Assembly: GCF_000012345.1 (NCBI RefSeq)
Contig: NC_007205.1
Location: 180,001 to 212,000 of the forward strand
Length of the DNA: 32,000 nucleotides
Origin: Candidatus Pelagibacter ubique HTCC1062
GTDB lineage: Bacteria > Pseudomonadota > Alphaproteobacteria > Pelagibacterales > Pelagibacteraceae
Direction: 5' to 3'
In this document: positions 8,118-17,249 of the stretch, in pieces
Position numbering within the stretch: position 1 is the stretch's first letter
How the letters are laid out: each line of letters opens with the position of its first letter
Notes under the pieces: generated by a model
The model's input: only the letters and a program-made list of their open reading frames with translations
Told to the model about the DNA's origin: nothing
The model's database searches: none
Program-made: the position numbers and the translations under genes

Positions 8118-8561
8118 ATGGAAATAGCAGTATTAGGATTGGGATGTTTTTGGGGGCCAGAAATTAAGTTTAGTAAACTTGAGGGAGTTATTAAAACTGA
8201 AGTTGGCTATTGTGGAGGTGACAGCAAAACAGTCACTTACAAAGAGGTATGTACTTGTAATACAAATCATGCAGAAGTTGTTAAGTTAGATTTTGATCCT
8301 AAAATTATCTCTTATGAAAAGATTTTAAATTTCTTCTTTGAAATTCATGACCCTACAACCTTAAATTCACAAGGACCTGATTTTGGGACACAATATAGAA
8401 GTGAAATATTTTACCTAAGTGACAGACAAAAAGAAATTGCTGAGAGTGTTATAAAAAAAGTAAATTTAAAATTATCAGGAAATGTTGTAACAAAATCTTC
8501 TTTATTAAAAAATTATTGTCCAGCAGAAGAATATCATCAGAGATATTTAGAAAAAAGATAA
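8118..8561 (+). CDS. msrA: Peptide-methionine (S)-S-oxide reductase
   Basis: Catalytic motif GLGCFWGPE, then GY.GG, HAEVV and DPT..N.QG.D.G.QYRS. The C-terminus has EEYHQRYL. This is a short (147 aa) form. Confidence 0.9.
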   Translation: MEIAVLGLGCFWGPEIKFSKLEGVIKTEVGYCGGDSKTVTYKEVCTCNTNHAEVVKLDFDPKIISYEKILNFFFEIHDPTTLNSQGPDFGTQYRSEIFYLSDRQKEIAESVIKKVNLKLSGNVVTKSSLLKNYCPAEEYHQRYLEKR

Positions 8562-8562
8562 T

Positions 8563-9375
8563 ATGTCTTTAGTTGATACAAATTGGTTAGAAAAAAATTT
8601 TGATAAAGTAAAAATTATTGATTGCTCATGGCACATGCCTCAGACAGAACGTAATGGTTTTGATGAATACAAAAACATTCATATTAAAAATGCAATTTTT
8701 TTTGATTTAGATAAAAACTCTAAAAAAGATACTGATCTACCTCATATGTTAACTGATGCTAAGTCATGGGAAAATATTGTGTCTAGCATGGGAATTAAAA
8801 ATGATGATCAAATAGTTATCTATGATAATTCAGATGTAATTAGTTCGTGTAGATGTTGGTATAATTTTATCTATTTTGGTCACAATCCAGAATTAATCCA
8901 TGTATTAGATGGTGGATTAAAAAAATGGATTAAAGAAGATAAAGCAACCACTAGTGATATAATTAAGATTATTCCCACTAACTATATTGCAAATGAAAAA
9001 AGAGAGTTAGTAAAAGATATAAACCAAATTAACAAAAATATTTTAGAAAACGATTTTAATGTTATTGATGCAAGAAGTTTAGAAAGATTTGAAGGTAAAG
9101 TTCCTGAGCCAAGAAAAGGATTGCGAAGTGGCTCAATCAAAAACTCTTTTTGTCTACCTTTCTCTGAACTTATAAATGAAGATCATACATTTGTTAGTAA
9201 AGAAAAGATTCTTGAAAAATTTAAATCAACTGGATATGAGATGGGTAAAAACATTGTATTTACATGTGGTTCTGGTGTTACCGCTTCAGTTTTGGCTCTT
9301 GCTTATTCTTTGATAGATAATAAATATATGCCTAATATTTACGACGGATCATGGAGTGAATATGGAAAAAATTAA
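8563..9375 (+). CDS. sseA: 3-mercaptopyruvate/thiosulfate sulfurtransferase (tandem rhodanese)
   Basis: Two rhodanese domains are present. The active-site loop is FTCGSGVTAS, and the C-terminus has YDGSWSEYG. The gene starts 1 nt after the msrA stop. Confidence 0.85.
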   Translation: MSLVDTNWLEKNFDKVKIIDCSWHMPQTERNGFDEYKNIHIKNAIFFDLDKNSKKDTDLPHMLTDAKSWENIVSSMGIKNDDQIVIYDNSDVISSCRCWYNFIYFGHNPELIHVLDGGLKKWIKEDKATTSDIIKIIPTNYIANEKRELVKDINQINKNILENDFNVIDARSLERFEGKVPEPRKGLRSGSIKNSFCLPFSELINEDHTFVSKEKILEKFKSTGYEMGKNIVFTCGSGVTASVLALAYSLIDNKYMPNIYDGSWSEYGKN

Positions 9376-9378
9376 AAT

Positions 9379-10248
9379 ATGAAAAGATCTACAAAAATTG
9401 GAACTGCAATCCTTGCCTTCTTTTTAATCATTACAATAGTAATTGTTGGAAGAACAATGATAGGAAATCATTTTAAAAAAAAATTTAGCAAAAGACCTCC
9501 TCCAGGAATAATAGTAACTGAGGTTGTAGCAAAAAATTTCTCTCAAAAAGTTTCAACTTATGGAACAGCAATTCCTTTTAGAACTAAATCATATAAAATT
9601 GAAAAATATGAAATAGTTAACCCAATAGAATTCAATAGAAAATTGAAAAAAGGTGATTTAATAACAAAATTAAAAACTAGAAATTTAATAGCATCTTTTG
9701 ATGGAGTGGTGACTAAAAGAGATTTTTCAAATGATATTAAAGTTTCTGAAAGTTCTCTTTTAATACAACTAGAAGATACTTCGATAATTTATGTAGATGT
9801 AGATATTCCTGAGCTTTACGCAAGTTTTATTAAAGAAAATTTAAATGTTGATGTTAAATTTTCAGGTAATAGTGAAAAAATTTATTCAGGTGTTGTTGAC
9901 TCAACAGCTGGCAGGATTGATGTGGATACAAGATCTTTAGCTATAAGAATAAAATTAGAAAATGATAATTTTGAAATTTTACCAGGTTCTCTTTTGGAGA
10001 TTATAGTTAAATATAATGAGAGAAATTCCATGAGTATTCCGGATACAAGTTTAATCATGGAAGGTAACAAAACTTATGTTTATAAAGTTGCAGAAGATAA
10101 TGTGACTAATAAAACTGAAATTGTTATTGGAATAAGAGATTCTGGTTTTATTGAAGTGGTTTCAGGTTTAGCTAATGGAGATAACATTGTAGCTGAGGGT
10201 TTAAAAAAAGTTAGACCAAGAGGCAAAATTAAACCAATTAAAAAATAA
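9379..10248 (+). CDS. RND efflux periplasmic adaptor (membrane fusion protein, HlyD family), short form
   Basis: An N-terminal TM anchor is followed by barrel-sandwich/beta-barrel-like segments. The C-terminus (VV.G...GD.IV.EGL.KVRPG) is typical of MFPs. Its stop overlaps the RND pump start (TAATG at 10246-10250). Confidence 0.75.
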   Translation: MKRSTKIGTAILAFFLIITIVIVGRTMIGNHFKKKFSKRPPPGIIVTEVVAKNFSQKVSTYGTAIPFRTKSYKIEKYEIVNPIEFNRKLKKGDLITKLKTRNLIASFDGVVTKRDFSNDIKVSESSLLIQLEDTSIIYVDVDIPELYASFIKENLNVDVKFSGNSEKIYSGVVDSTAGRIDVDTRSLAIRIKLENDNFEILPGSLLEIIVKYNERNSMSIPDTSLIMEGNKTYVYKVAEDNVTNKTEIVIGIRDSGFIEVVSGLANGDNIVAEGLKKVRPRGKIKPIKK

Positions 10249-13200
10249 TGTTTATAACTGACGTAAGTATAAGAAGACCAGTTGTTGCTTGGGTAATGTC
10301 TCTTATATTAATTGTTTTTGGAATATTTGTTTTTTCACAATTGCCAGTAAGAGAACTACCCGAGGGCTTACAACCACCTGTAGTTCAAGTTAAAGTAGAC
10401 TACAAATCTGCATCAGCTCCTATAATTGATCAGGAAGTAACACAAGTAATAGAAGACGTAATAGGTGGAGTAGAAGGAATAAAAAATATTAACTCAACAT
10501 CAGAAAATGGGAGTAGTTCAATTAATGTTGAATTTAATCCTGATATAGATCTTGATAATGCTGCTAATGATATAAGAGAAAGAGTTGCAAGAGTTGTCGA
10601 TAGATTGCCAAGTGAAGCAGCAGCGCCTCAAATACTTAAACAATCAGCAGGATTTTCAACCACTATGTGGCTGGCCGTATCTTCAGCAACCTGGAGTGAT
10701 TTAGAGCTTGGAGATTATGTTGAAAGATATTTAGTAGATCAATTTTCAAGTGTTAAAAATGTTGGAACAATCTCAACTGGTGGCTTAAGAGATTTAAGTG
10801 TTAGGATCTGGATTGATCCAATTAAACTTGCTGCAAATAATTTAACTATTCAAGAAGTTGAAGGAGCAATAAGGAAAGAAAATGTCAGCCTACCCGCAGG
10901 AACATTAGAAGCTACCAACATAGATTTAATACTAAATTTAGATAAGTCATATAACGATATAGAAAAACTAAAAACATTACCTATTAAAAAAAATCAAAAT
11001 AGTGTTGTAAGACTTTCAGATATTGCCAATGTTGAGTTAGGCCCAGTTTCAGAAAAAAATCTTTTTAAAGCTCAAAGTAAAGATGCTTTAGATTTAAAGA
11101 CAGTTGGAATTGGTATTTATGCAAAAAGTGGCGCTTCAACTGTAGAGCTTTCTAAAGAAATAAGTAAAAAAATTGAAGAAGTTAAAAAAACATTACCAGA
11201 TGATCTAAATATAGAAGTAGCTTTTAACAGAGCAACATATGTGGGTACAGCTATCGATGAAGTATACAAAACTTTAATCATCGCTTTTATACTTGTAGTT
11301 ATTATTATTTATTTATTCTTAGGTAATATAAAAGCTGTAATTGTACCAGCAGTTGCACTACCTGTGAGCTTAATAGCATCGTTTTTGGGTCTTTATTTGT
11401 TTGGTTTATCAATAAACATATTTGTCTTATTAAGTTTTATTTTAGCAATTGGAATAATTACTGACGACTCGGTCATAATGACAGATGCAATTTATAGAAG
11501 AATTGAAAATGGAGAGAGCCCATTAATTGCAGCTTACAAAGGGTCAAAACAAATCAGCTTTGCAATCATTGCAACAACTTTAATTCTAGTTGCGGTATTT
11601 ATTCCTTTAATTTTCATAGATGGAATTGCAGGAACATTATTTAGAGAAACAGCAATAGCATTATCTGTTTCGGTTGCGGTGTCCTCTTTTGTTGCTCTTA
11701 CACTATCACCTATGTTAGCAAGTAAGTTTTTAAAGAAAGAGCCAAAACAAAATTTTATAGTTACTAAATTTGATAAATTTTTTAAATCATTGTTAAAATT
11801 TTATGAAGAAACATTGGGGTATTGGCTAAATAAGAAAAAAATTATAATTTCATTTATTGTCTTCACTATTATTATTTCTGGTGTTTTGTTTAGTATTACA
11901 AAAAAAGAATTATTACCCTTAGAAGACCGAGGGGTTTATCTTGTTCTTGGATTTACAGATGAAGGAAGTTCTTTTGAATATACTGAAAAAAGAGCAGAAG
12001 ATGTTGAAAAAAGATTAATTCCCCTTCTTCAAGCTGAGGATAGTCCATATAAAAGATTTATAATGAGAGTGCCAGGCTTTGGTAGTAATAAAAATTCTTT
12101 TAATAGCTTTATAATAATTGCATTATTGGATGAATGGGCTGAACGAGATAAAAGTTCACAAACAATAATGAGAGAAGCAATTGGAAAAATTGTGACTGTT
12201 CCTGAAACAGTAGCTTTTCCAATATCACCTCAATCAATTAGAGTTTCTAGTTACAATAAACCTGTTCAAATGGTTATATTGGGCAGCACTTATGAGGAGT
12301 TAGAGGAAATACAGTCTAAAGTTATCAATAAATTAAGACAAAATAAAAATTTATCTAGAATAGAATCTGACTATTCTAGAGACAAACCAGAGGTCAAATT
12401 AGTAATTAATAAAAATAAAGCTAAAGATTTAAGTGTGTCTACTGACTCAATTGGCAAAACCTTAGAAACCCTTTACGGTGGAAAAACTGTAACAAAATTT
12501 AATAGACTTGGTAAAGAATACCCAATTATACTTCAACAATACTTGGCAGATAGACGATCGCAAGAAGGCCTTTCTAAAATATTTGTTAGATCTGAAAGCT
12601 CTGGTAAACTTATATCTTTATCAAATTTAGTAGAGTTCAGTGAAATTGGATCTGCAAAAAAATTAGCAAGATATAACAGGCAGAGAGCTGTAACAATATC
12701 TGCAAATATATCGGAATCTTATACACTTACAGAAGCAATTGCATATTTAGAAGAAACAATGGAAGAAATTGGCTCTTCTAATCAAATTGCATGGAAAGGT
12801 AAATCAGAAGAAATAAAAGAAACTAGTAATGAACTATTTATTATTTTTGGATTAGCATTTCTAACTGCGTACCTAGTAATGGCTGCAACCTTTAATTCAT
12901 TTATTCATCCATTTATTATTATGTTAACTGTTCCACTTGCTTTGTTTGGAGGTTTAGTCTTTATATTATTCTTGAACAGTTCTATTAATATCTTCTCACA
13001 AATAGCGCTTGTCATACTAATTGGAATATCAACTAAAAATAGTATTCTAATTGTTGATTATGCCAATCAGTTAAGAACAGCTGGAAAAAATATAGAAACA
13101 TCTGTTAAAGAAGCTTGTCAATTAAGATTTAGACCCATAATGATGACGTCAATAAGCACAATGATAGCAATGATGCCATTGGTTATAGGAAATATTGGGC

Positions 13201-13370
13201 CAGGCGCAGGTGAAGCTTCAAGATTAGCAGTGGGTGCAACTATTCTGGGAGGAATGATTATATCAACATTTTTTACATTATATGTAACGCCAACCATGTA
13301 TTTGGTGTTAGCAAAGAATACGAAACGAATTGATGCTGTTGATATTGAGCTAAAAAAACAACTTCGTTAA
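10248..13370 (+). CDS. RND efflux transporter, AcrB/AcrD/AcrF family inner-membrane pump
   Basis: A 1040-aa protein starting FI.RPV.A.V.SL. It has a 12-TM layout with two large periplasmic loops. TM4 contains the GIITDDSVIM-type acidic residues. Confidence 0.9.
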   Translation: MFITDVSIRRPVVAWVMSLILIVFGIFVFSQLPVRELPEGLQPPVVQVKVDYKSASAPIIDQEVTQVIEDVIGGVEGIKNINSTSENGSSSINVEFNPDIDLDNAANDIRERVARVVDRLPSEAAAPQILKQSAGFSTTMWLAVSSATWSDLELGDYVERYLVDQFSSVKNVGTISTGGLRDLSVRIWIDPIKLAANNLTIQEVEGAIRKENVSLPAGTLEATNIDLILNLDKSYNDIEKLKTLPIKKNQNSVVRLSDIANVELGPVSEKNLFKAQSKDALDLKTVGIGIYAKSGASTVELSKEISKKIEEVKKTLPDDLNIEVAFNRATYVGTAIDEVYKTLIIAFILVVIIIYLFLGNIKAVIVPAVALPVSLIASFLGLYLFGLSINIFVLLSFILAIGIITDDSVIMTDAIYRRIENGESPLIAAYKGSKQISFAIIATTLILVAVFIPLIFIDGIAGTLFRETAIALSVSVAVSSFVALTLSPMLASKFLKKEPKQNFIVTKFDKFFKSLLKFYEETLGYWLNKKKIIISFIVFTIIISGVLFSITKKELLPLEDRGVYLVLGFTDEGSSFEYTEKRAEDVEKRLIPLLQAEDSPYKRFIMRVPGFGSNKNSFNSFIIIALLDEWAERDKSSQTIMREAIGKIVTVPETVAFPISPQSIRVSSYNKPVQMVILGSTYEELEEIQSKVINKLRQNKNLSRIESDYSRDKPEVKLVINKNKAKDLSVSTDSIGKTLETLYGGKTVTKFNRLGKEYPIILQQYLADRRSQEGLSKIFVRSESSGKLISLSNLVEFSEIGSAKKLARYNRQRAVTISANISESYTLTEAIAYLEETMEEIGSSNQIAWKGKSEEIKETSNELFIIFGLAFLTAYLVMAATFNSFIHPFIIMLTVPLALFGGLVFILFLNSSINIFSQIALVILIGISTKNSILIVDYANQLRTAGKNIETSVKEACQLRFRPIMMTSISTMIAMMPLVIGNIGPGAGEASRLAVGATILGGMIISTFFTLYVTPTMYLVLAKNTKRIDAVDIELKKQLR

Positions 13371-13966
13371 AATATAATATATTTATTTTTATTTAATCTT
13401 TTCTGGCAATCTTGTAATTGTGATTTGTATTTATTAGATTGTTTTTCTACTTTTTTAGCTAAACCTATAACTTTCTGATTATTCTTATAATCTTTATAAC
13501 CACCCCACCCTTCATGATACGCAAGATACTGTCTAAAGGCATCTTTCTTAGAAATTTTTAAAAGAGATTCAGTTTTATCGGTATACCAACCAATAAAATC
13601 AACACTATCTTTAAATCTTGTTCTTGTTGCTAATTTATTTCCTGTTTCATTTTTATACTGCTCCCAAGTTCCCTTTACTGCTTGTGAATATCCAAATGAA
13701 CTAGAGGGCCTCTTAAATGGTATAATCTTAAATAATTTTTGCCTTGGCGGTTTAGCTAGCCAATCAAAGTCTGATTCCATCTTAATTATAGCTAACTGAA
13801 TATAAATTGGGGTTCCCCATTTTTGTTCAGTTTTCTTTGCATGTTTATACCAAAGATATCTTTCATTAAAAATTGAGCAACTATTTGAGGTATTTTGAGG
13901 TATTGAGGAGCAGCCAGCTATAAAAATAATTAATAGTATTAAAAAATGATTTTTAAGTTTTGACAT
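13367..13966 (-). CDS. Lipoprotein with a lytic-transglycosylase (SLT)-like domain
   Basis: The lipobox is LIIFIAGC|SS. SLT-like motifs appear in the expected order: AIIKMESDF (catalytic E-S), FGYSQA (compare GLMQ), and AYHEGWGGY (compare AYNAG). Confidence 0.55.
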   Translation of the reverse strand: MSKLKNHFLILLIIFIAGCSSIPQNTSNSCSIFNERYLWYKHAKKTEQKWGTPIYIQLAIIKMESDFDWLAKPPRQKLFKIIPFKRPSSSFGYSQAVKGTWEQYKNETGNKLATRTRFKDSVDFIGWYTDKTESLLKISKKDAFRQYLAYHEGWGGYKDYKNNQKVIGLAKKVEKQSNKYKSQLQDCQKRLNKNKYIIF

Positions 13967-14342
13967 ACCTAATTACAATCTTATAGATAAGTATAACTAA
14001 TATTACACCTACAATATTTCCAAATAAATCACTCATCTCAAATCCACGATTTGGAATGATAATGTGAAATAGTTCTAAAAAAATTGATAATAGAATTAAA
14101 TAAACACTTAAAAGATTAATCTTTTTTGTATTATGAAAAGAAAGTACCCCTAAGCTTGTAAGTAAAAGAAAAGCATAGAAATGGTTTGATGAAATTATAA
14201 AATCTTGAGTAATTTGTGGTTGTTTATAACAATCATTATACAAAAAGCATCCGAGAATACTGCCTGGGAATAAATAAAATATTATCAATATTATATTAGA
14301 AGAATAAAACCCAATTCTAGAAAAGTTTTTTAATTTATTCAT
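13953..14342 (-). CDS. VanZ-like membrane protein
   Basis: A 129-aa protein with 4 TM helices. The VanZ signature is ELFHIIIPNRGFEMSDLFGNIVGV (E..Q...P.R....D...N..G). It overlaps the downstream SLT-like gene by 14 nt. Confidence 0.6.
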   Translation of the reverse strand: MNKLKNFSRIGFYSSNIILIIFYLFPGSILGCFLYNDCYKQPQITQDFIISSNHFYAFLLLTSLGVLSFHNTKKINLLSVYLILLSIFLELFHIIIPNRGFEMSDLFGNIVGVILVILIYKIVIRYVKT

Positions 14343-14349
14343 AATAATC

Positions 14350-14380
14350 TTATTTATTTTATTTATTTTATTTATTTTAT
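14350..14380. repeat. Tandem 9-bp repeat (TTATTTATT x 3.4) in the divergent vanZ-like/gpmA intergenic region
   Basis: Read directly: units at 14350-14358, 14359-14367 and 14368-14376, plus a partial TTATC. The repeat fills more than half of the 58-nt gap between two divergent start codons. Confidence 0.9.
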
Positions 14381-14400
14381 CAGTTATCAGAATATATCAA

Positions 14401-15117
14401 ATGACTCATTTAATTTTAGTAAGACATGGTCAAAGTGAATGGAATCTTGAAAAAAGATTTACAGGCTGGGTAGATGTTGACCTTACAGGGCAAGGTAAAT
14501 TGGAAGCCTGTAAAGCTGGAGAGTATATTAAGGAAACTAAAATTGATATTGATTATTTTTATTCATCATTTCAGTTAAGGGCTATCAATACACTAAAATT
14601 TATTCAGGACACATTAAGAGATAAAAGAGAACCAGTTAAAGCTTGGCAATTAAATGAAAGACATTATGGAGCTTTAACGGGGCTAAATAAAGATGAAATG
14701 AAAGAAAAGCTTGGTGAAGATAAAATACATGCTTTTAGAAGATCTTGGGATATTAAACCAGATCCATTAAATAGAAATAATCCGTATCACCCGTTAAATA
14801 TAGAGGTTTATAAAAGTATTCCAAAAGAAAATATTCCTGACACCGAGTCCCTTAAAGATACCTACGATAGAGTAATGAAGTTTTATATTGATGAAATTCA
14901 AATGAAACTAAAAAATGATAAAAACATTTTAATTTCAGCTCATGGGAATTCTATAAGAGCGTTATGCAAATTTTTATTTAAATTAGACAATCAAAGGATA
15001 ACATTACTCGAAATACCAACAGGCAATCCACTTTTGATAAATTTAGATTCAAAGCAAAATATTAAAGAATGCACTTACCTAGATCAAGATAGAGCTAAGG
15101 ACTTGTTAGTTTTTTAA
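14401..15117 (+). CDS. gpmA: 2,3-bisphosphoglycerate-dependent phosphoglycerate mutase
   Basis: Contains LVRHGQSEWNLEKRFTGWVDVDLT with the catalytic His. Also has ERHYGAL.G and SAHGNSIRAL. Confidence 0.92.
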   Translation: MTHLILVRHGQSEWNLEKRFTGWVDVDLTGQGKLEACKAGEYIKETKIDIDYFYSSFQLRAINTLKFIQDTLRDKREPVKAWQLNERHYGALTGLNKDEMKEKLGEDKIHAFRRSWDIKPDPLNRNNPYHPLNIEVYKSIPKENIPDTESLKDTYDRVMKFYIDEIQMKLKNDKNILISAHGNSIRALCKFLFKLDNQRITLLEIPTGNPLLINLDSKQNIKECTYLDQDRAKDLLVF

Positions 15118-15795
15118 TAATTTTTTGTAAATATTGAGATCTGTTAAATGTCTAAAGTCTTCAAAACTCTCAAAACCATATAAATCGTCTTTATCAATTA
15201 ATTTATTCCAAATATTTGAAATGGAAAAATTGCCTACCTCATAAGAATCAAATAAACTCTTATTTATGATTTGGCACCCTGTATAAATTAAGTGATTAAG
15301 TTCATCTTTTTTTATAATATTTTTTTTAAGATTGAAATCACCCTTCAAATTTTTGTCAAAACTCAAGTTTTCATTAGCTAATAAAAGTATATTTTTAATT
15401 TTATTTAAAAAATAAAATTTCTCCATATCTTTAATATATTTTTTGTAATTCTCATTCCATACGGTATCTGGATTAAATATCATAAAATCTGTTTCATTAG
15501 ATGAATTTATTAAATTTAAAATTCCACCTCCCGTATCTAAAATATTTGAGCCATCATTTATTATTTTAATTTCTAAATTAAATTTCTTATTATTAAGAAA
15601 TTTTTCAATTTTTTCACTTAGGTAAAATGTGTTAATTAAAATCTTATTAATTCCCAAAGAGTGTATTAAATTAATACAATTTTCTAATAAAGTTATTTCA
15701 TTTATCCTTAGTAAAGGCTTAGGGGTTCTCAGTGTTATTGGATTTAAGCGTTTACCATATCCAGCACATAAAATTAATGCAGTTTTAATCTTCAT
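15106..15795 (-). CDS. murU: Sugar-1-phosphate nucleotidyltransferase, MurU-like (N-acetylmuramate-1-P uridylyltransferase candidate)
   Basis: The N-terminal NTP-transferase motif is ALILCAGYGKRLNPITLRTPKPLL. The gene sits immediately downstream of, and overlaps by 4 nt, an AmgK-like kinase. That arrangement matches the conserved amgK-murU pair. Confidence 0.65.
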   Translation of the reverse strand: MKIKTALILCAGYGKRLNPITLRTPKPLLRINEITLLENCINLIHSLGINKILINTFYLSEKIEKFLNNKKFNLEIKIINDGSNILDTGGGILNLINSSNETDFMIFNPDTVWNENYKKYIKDMEKFYFLNKIKNILLLANENLSFDKNLKGDFNLKKNIIKKDELNHLIYTGCQIINKSLFDSYEVGNFSISNIWNKLIDKDDLYGFESFEDFRHLTDLNIYKKLLKN

Positions 15796-16757
15796 TTCTG
15801 ATTTCTTATTTTTTTGGAAAAATTAAGCTCTAATAAGCTTTTGAGCTCAGAAAATTTTTTATTGTTGGAAATTCTTAATTCAATTAACTTCCAGGCATAG
15901 GGAATTAATTTCAAATATTGCTTTTTCTTATCTCTCATGGCCAATCTAGTGAATATTCCAATGATTTTCATATTTCTTAAAATGGACAATATTTCAAAAT
16001 CACTTAATAACGTAGCCTTGTTAACTCTTTTTTTATTTAGTTTTAGATAATAACGATAAATTTTATTTTTAAATATTTCATCTGTCCTAAATCTAACATC
16101 ATCAATTAGGGAAGCTAAATCATAAGCCCTATTTCCAATTAAAGCATCCTGTGAGTCGATAACTCCTATTTTATTTTTGAACTTCATTAAATTCGATACA
16201 TGAAAATCTCTATGAACAAAAACTTTTTCTTTTGATTGAAGGTGCGTTAGTAAAAACCTAATTTGTTTTTTTATATCAATTTTAAACTTGGCTAGTTTAT
16301 TTTGTTTTACAAATTTTTTTGCATACCATTCACAAAATAAATTTGCCTCATTGAATAATTTAACATTATCATAAATAGGAATTTTATAAGTTTTACCTTT
16401 AAAGTTTTTAGATCGATTTTGTTTAATTTTTTGAATCACTCCAAGTAAATCAATAGATTTTTTATAGAGAGTTTCTTTTTGGTTTTTATTTTTTTTTAAT
16501 AAACTAAAAACCGAGTCGTCTCCAAAATCTTCAATTTCTATATAATTTTTTTTATAATTTTCGCTATAAAGTTTGGGTGCTAAAACTTTATTTTTAATTA
16601 GAAGACTATTTATTGCATCATATATTAGCAAATTTTTCTCTTTTTCCTTAGAAGCAAAAACTATGATTGATTTTTTTTTTGATAATGACTTTCTATAAAA
16701 AGATCTAAATGATGCGTCACCTTTAATTTTTTTTAATTTATCATTAGTTTGTAACAT
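15792..16757 (-). CDS. amgK: Aminoglycoside-phosphotransferase-fold anomeric sugar kinase, AmgK-like
   Basis: The APH-fold catalytic loop is VHRDFHVSNLM (HRDFH.RNLM in the AmgK family). It also has GVIDSQDA (DFQDA) and DL.SL..D. Synteny is tsaE upstream and murU-like downstream. Confidence 0.65.
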   Translation of the reverse strand: MLQTNDKLKKIKGDASFRSFYRKSLSKKKSIIVFASKEKEKNLLIYDAINSLLIKNKVLAPKLYSENYKKNYIEIEDFGDDSVFSLLKKNKNQKETLYKKSIDLLGVIQKIKQNRSKNFKGKTYKIPIYDNVKLFNEANLFCEWYAKKFVKQNKLAKFKIDIKKQIRFLLTHLQSKEKVFVHRDFHVSNLMKFKNKIGVIDSQDALIGNRAYDLASLIDDVRFRTDEIFKNKIYRYYLKLNKKRVNKATLLSDFEILSILRNMKIIGIFTRLAMRDKKKQYLKLIPYAWKLIELRISNNKKFSELKSLLELNFSKKIRNQK

Positions 16758-16760
16758 CTA

Positions 16761-17249
16761 TTATTTATTTTTAACTCCCTTAATTGTTAAATATCTTTTA
16801 TTTAAATCATCATTGTATTCAAAATGTAAATCAATTTTGGAGTCAATAGTTTCTTTTATTTTCTCAGGCCATTCAATTAATGTCACAACTTCTTCTCTAT
16901 TTTCAAATAAACCAATGTTTTTTATCGCACTATAGTCAGTCAACCTGTACAAATCATAATGCTGTATTATAAAATTTCCAACATCATATTCATTTACCAA
17001 ATTAAAGGTAGGACTAGTAACTTCGGTTAAATTGACTTTATTTAATTGTTGAAGATTATTAATGAGATGTCTTATAAATGTGGTTTTGCCAACACCTATT
17101 TCACCATGAAAATAAGCTACATCTCCTTTTTGTAGTGTTCTTGAAAAACTTTTAGCTAGCTCAGATGTTTTATCTTCTAGGGAGATGTCTATTTTTTCGC
17201 TATTAGTAGCGATAAGCATCTGGTTTGAATGGACCTTCTGTTTCAACAC
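16761..17249 (-). CDS. tsaE: tRNA t6A37 biosynthesis ATPase TsaE (YjeE)
   Basis: Walker [14 protein letters not shown], then SPTF and HYDLYRL, and the C-terminal EWPE motif. The more likely start is ATG 17219 (MLIATN), giving 152 aa. Either start overlaps the ahcY 3' end. Confidence 0.85.
   Translation of the reverse strand: MLKQKVHSNQMLIATNSEKIDISLEDKTSELAKSFSRTLQKGDVAYFHGEIGVGKTTFIRHLINNLQQLNKVNLTEVTSPTFNLVNEYDVGNFIIQHYDLYRLTDYSAIKNIGLFENREEVVTLIEWPEKIKETIDSKIDLHFEYNDDLNKRYLTIKGVKNK

Noticed and set aside
14350-14380. The tandem repeat as a CRISPR array or minisatellite
   Set aside because: The units are 9 bp and directly abutting with no spacers, which is not CRISPR-like. It is retained only as a promoter-region repeat.
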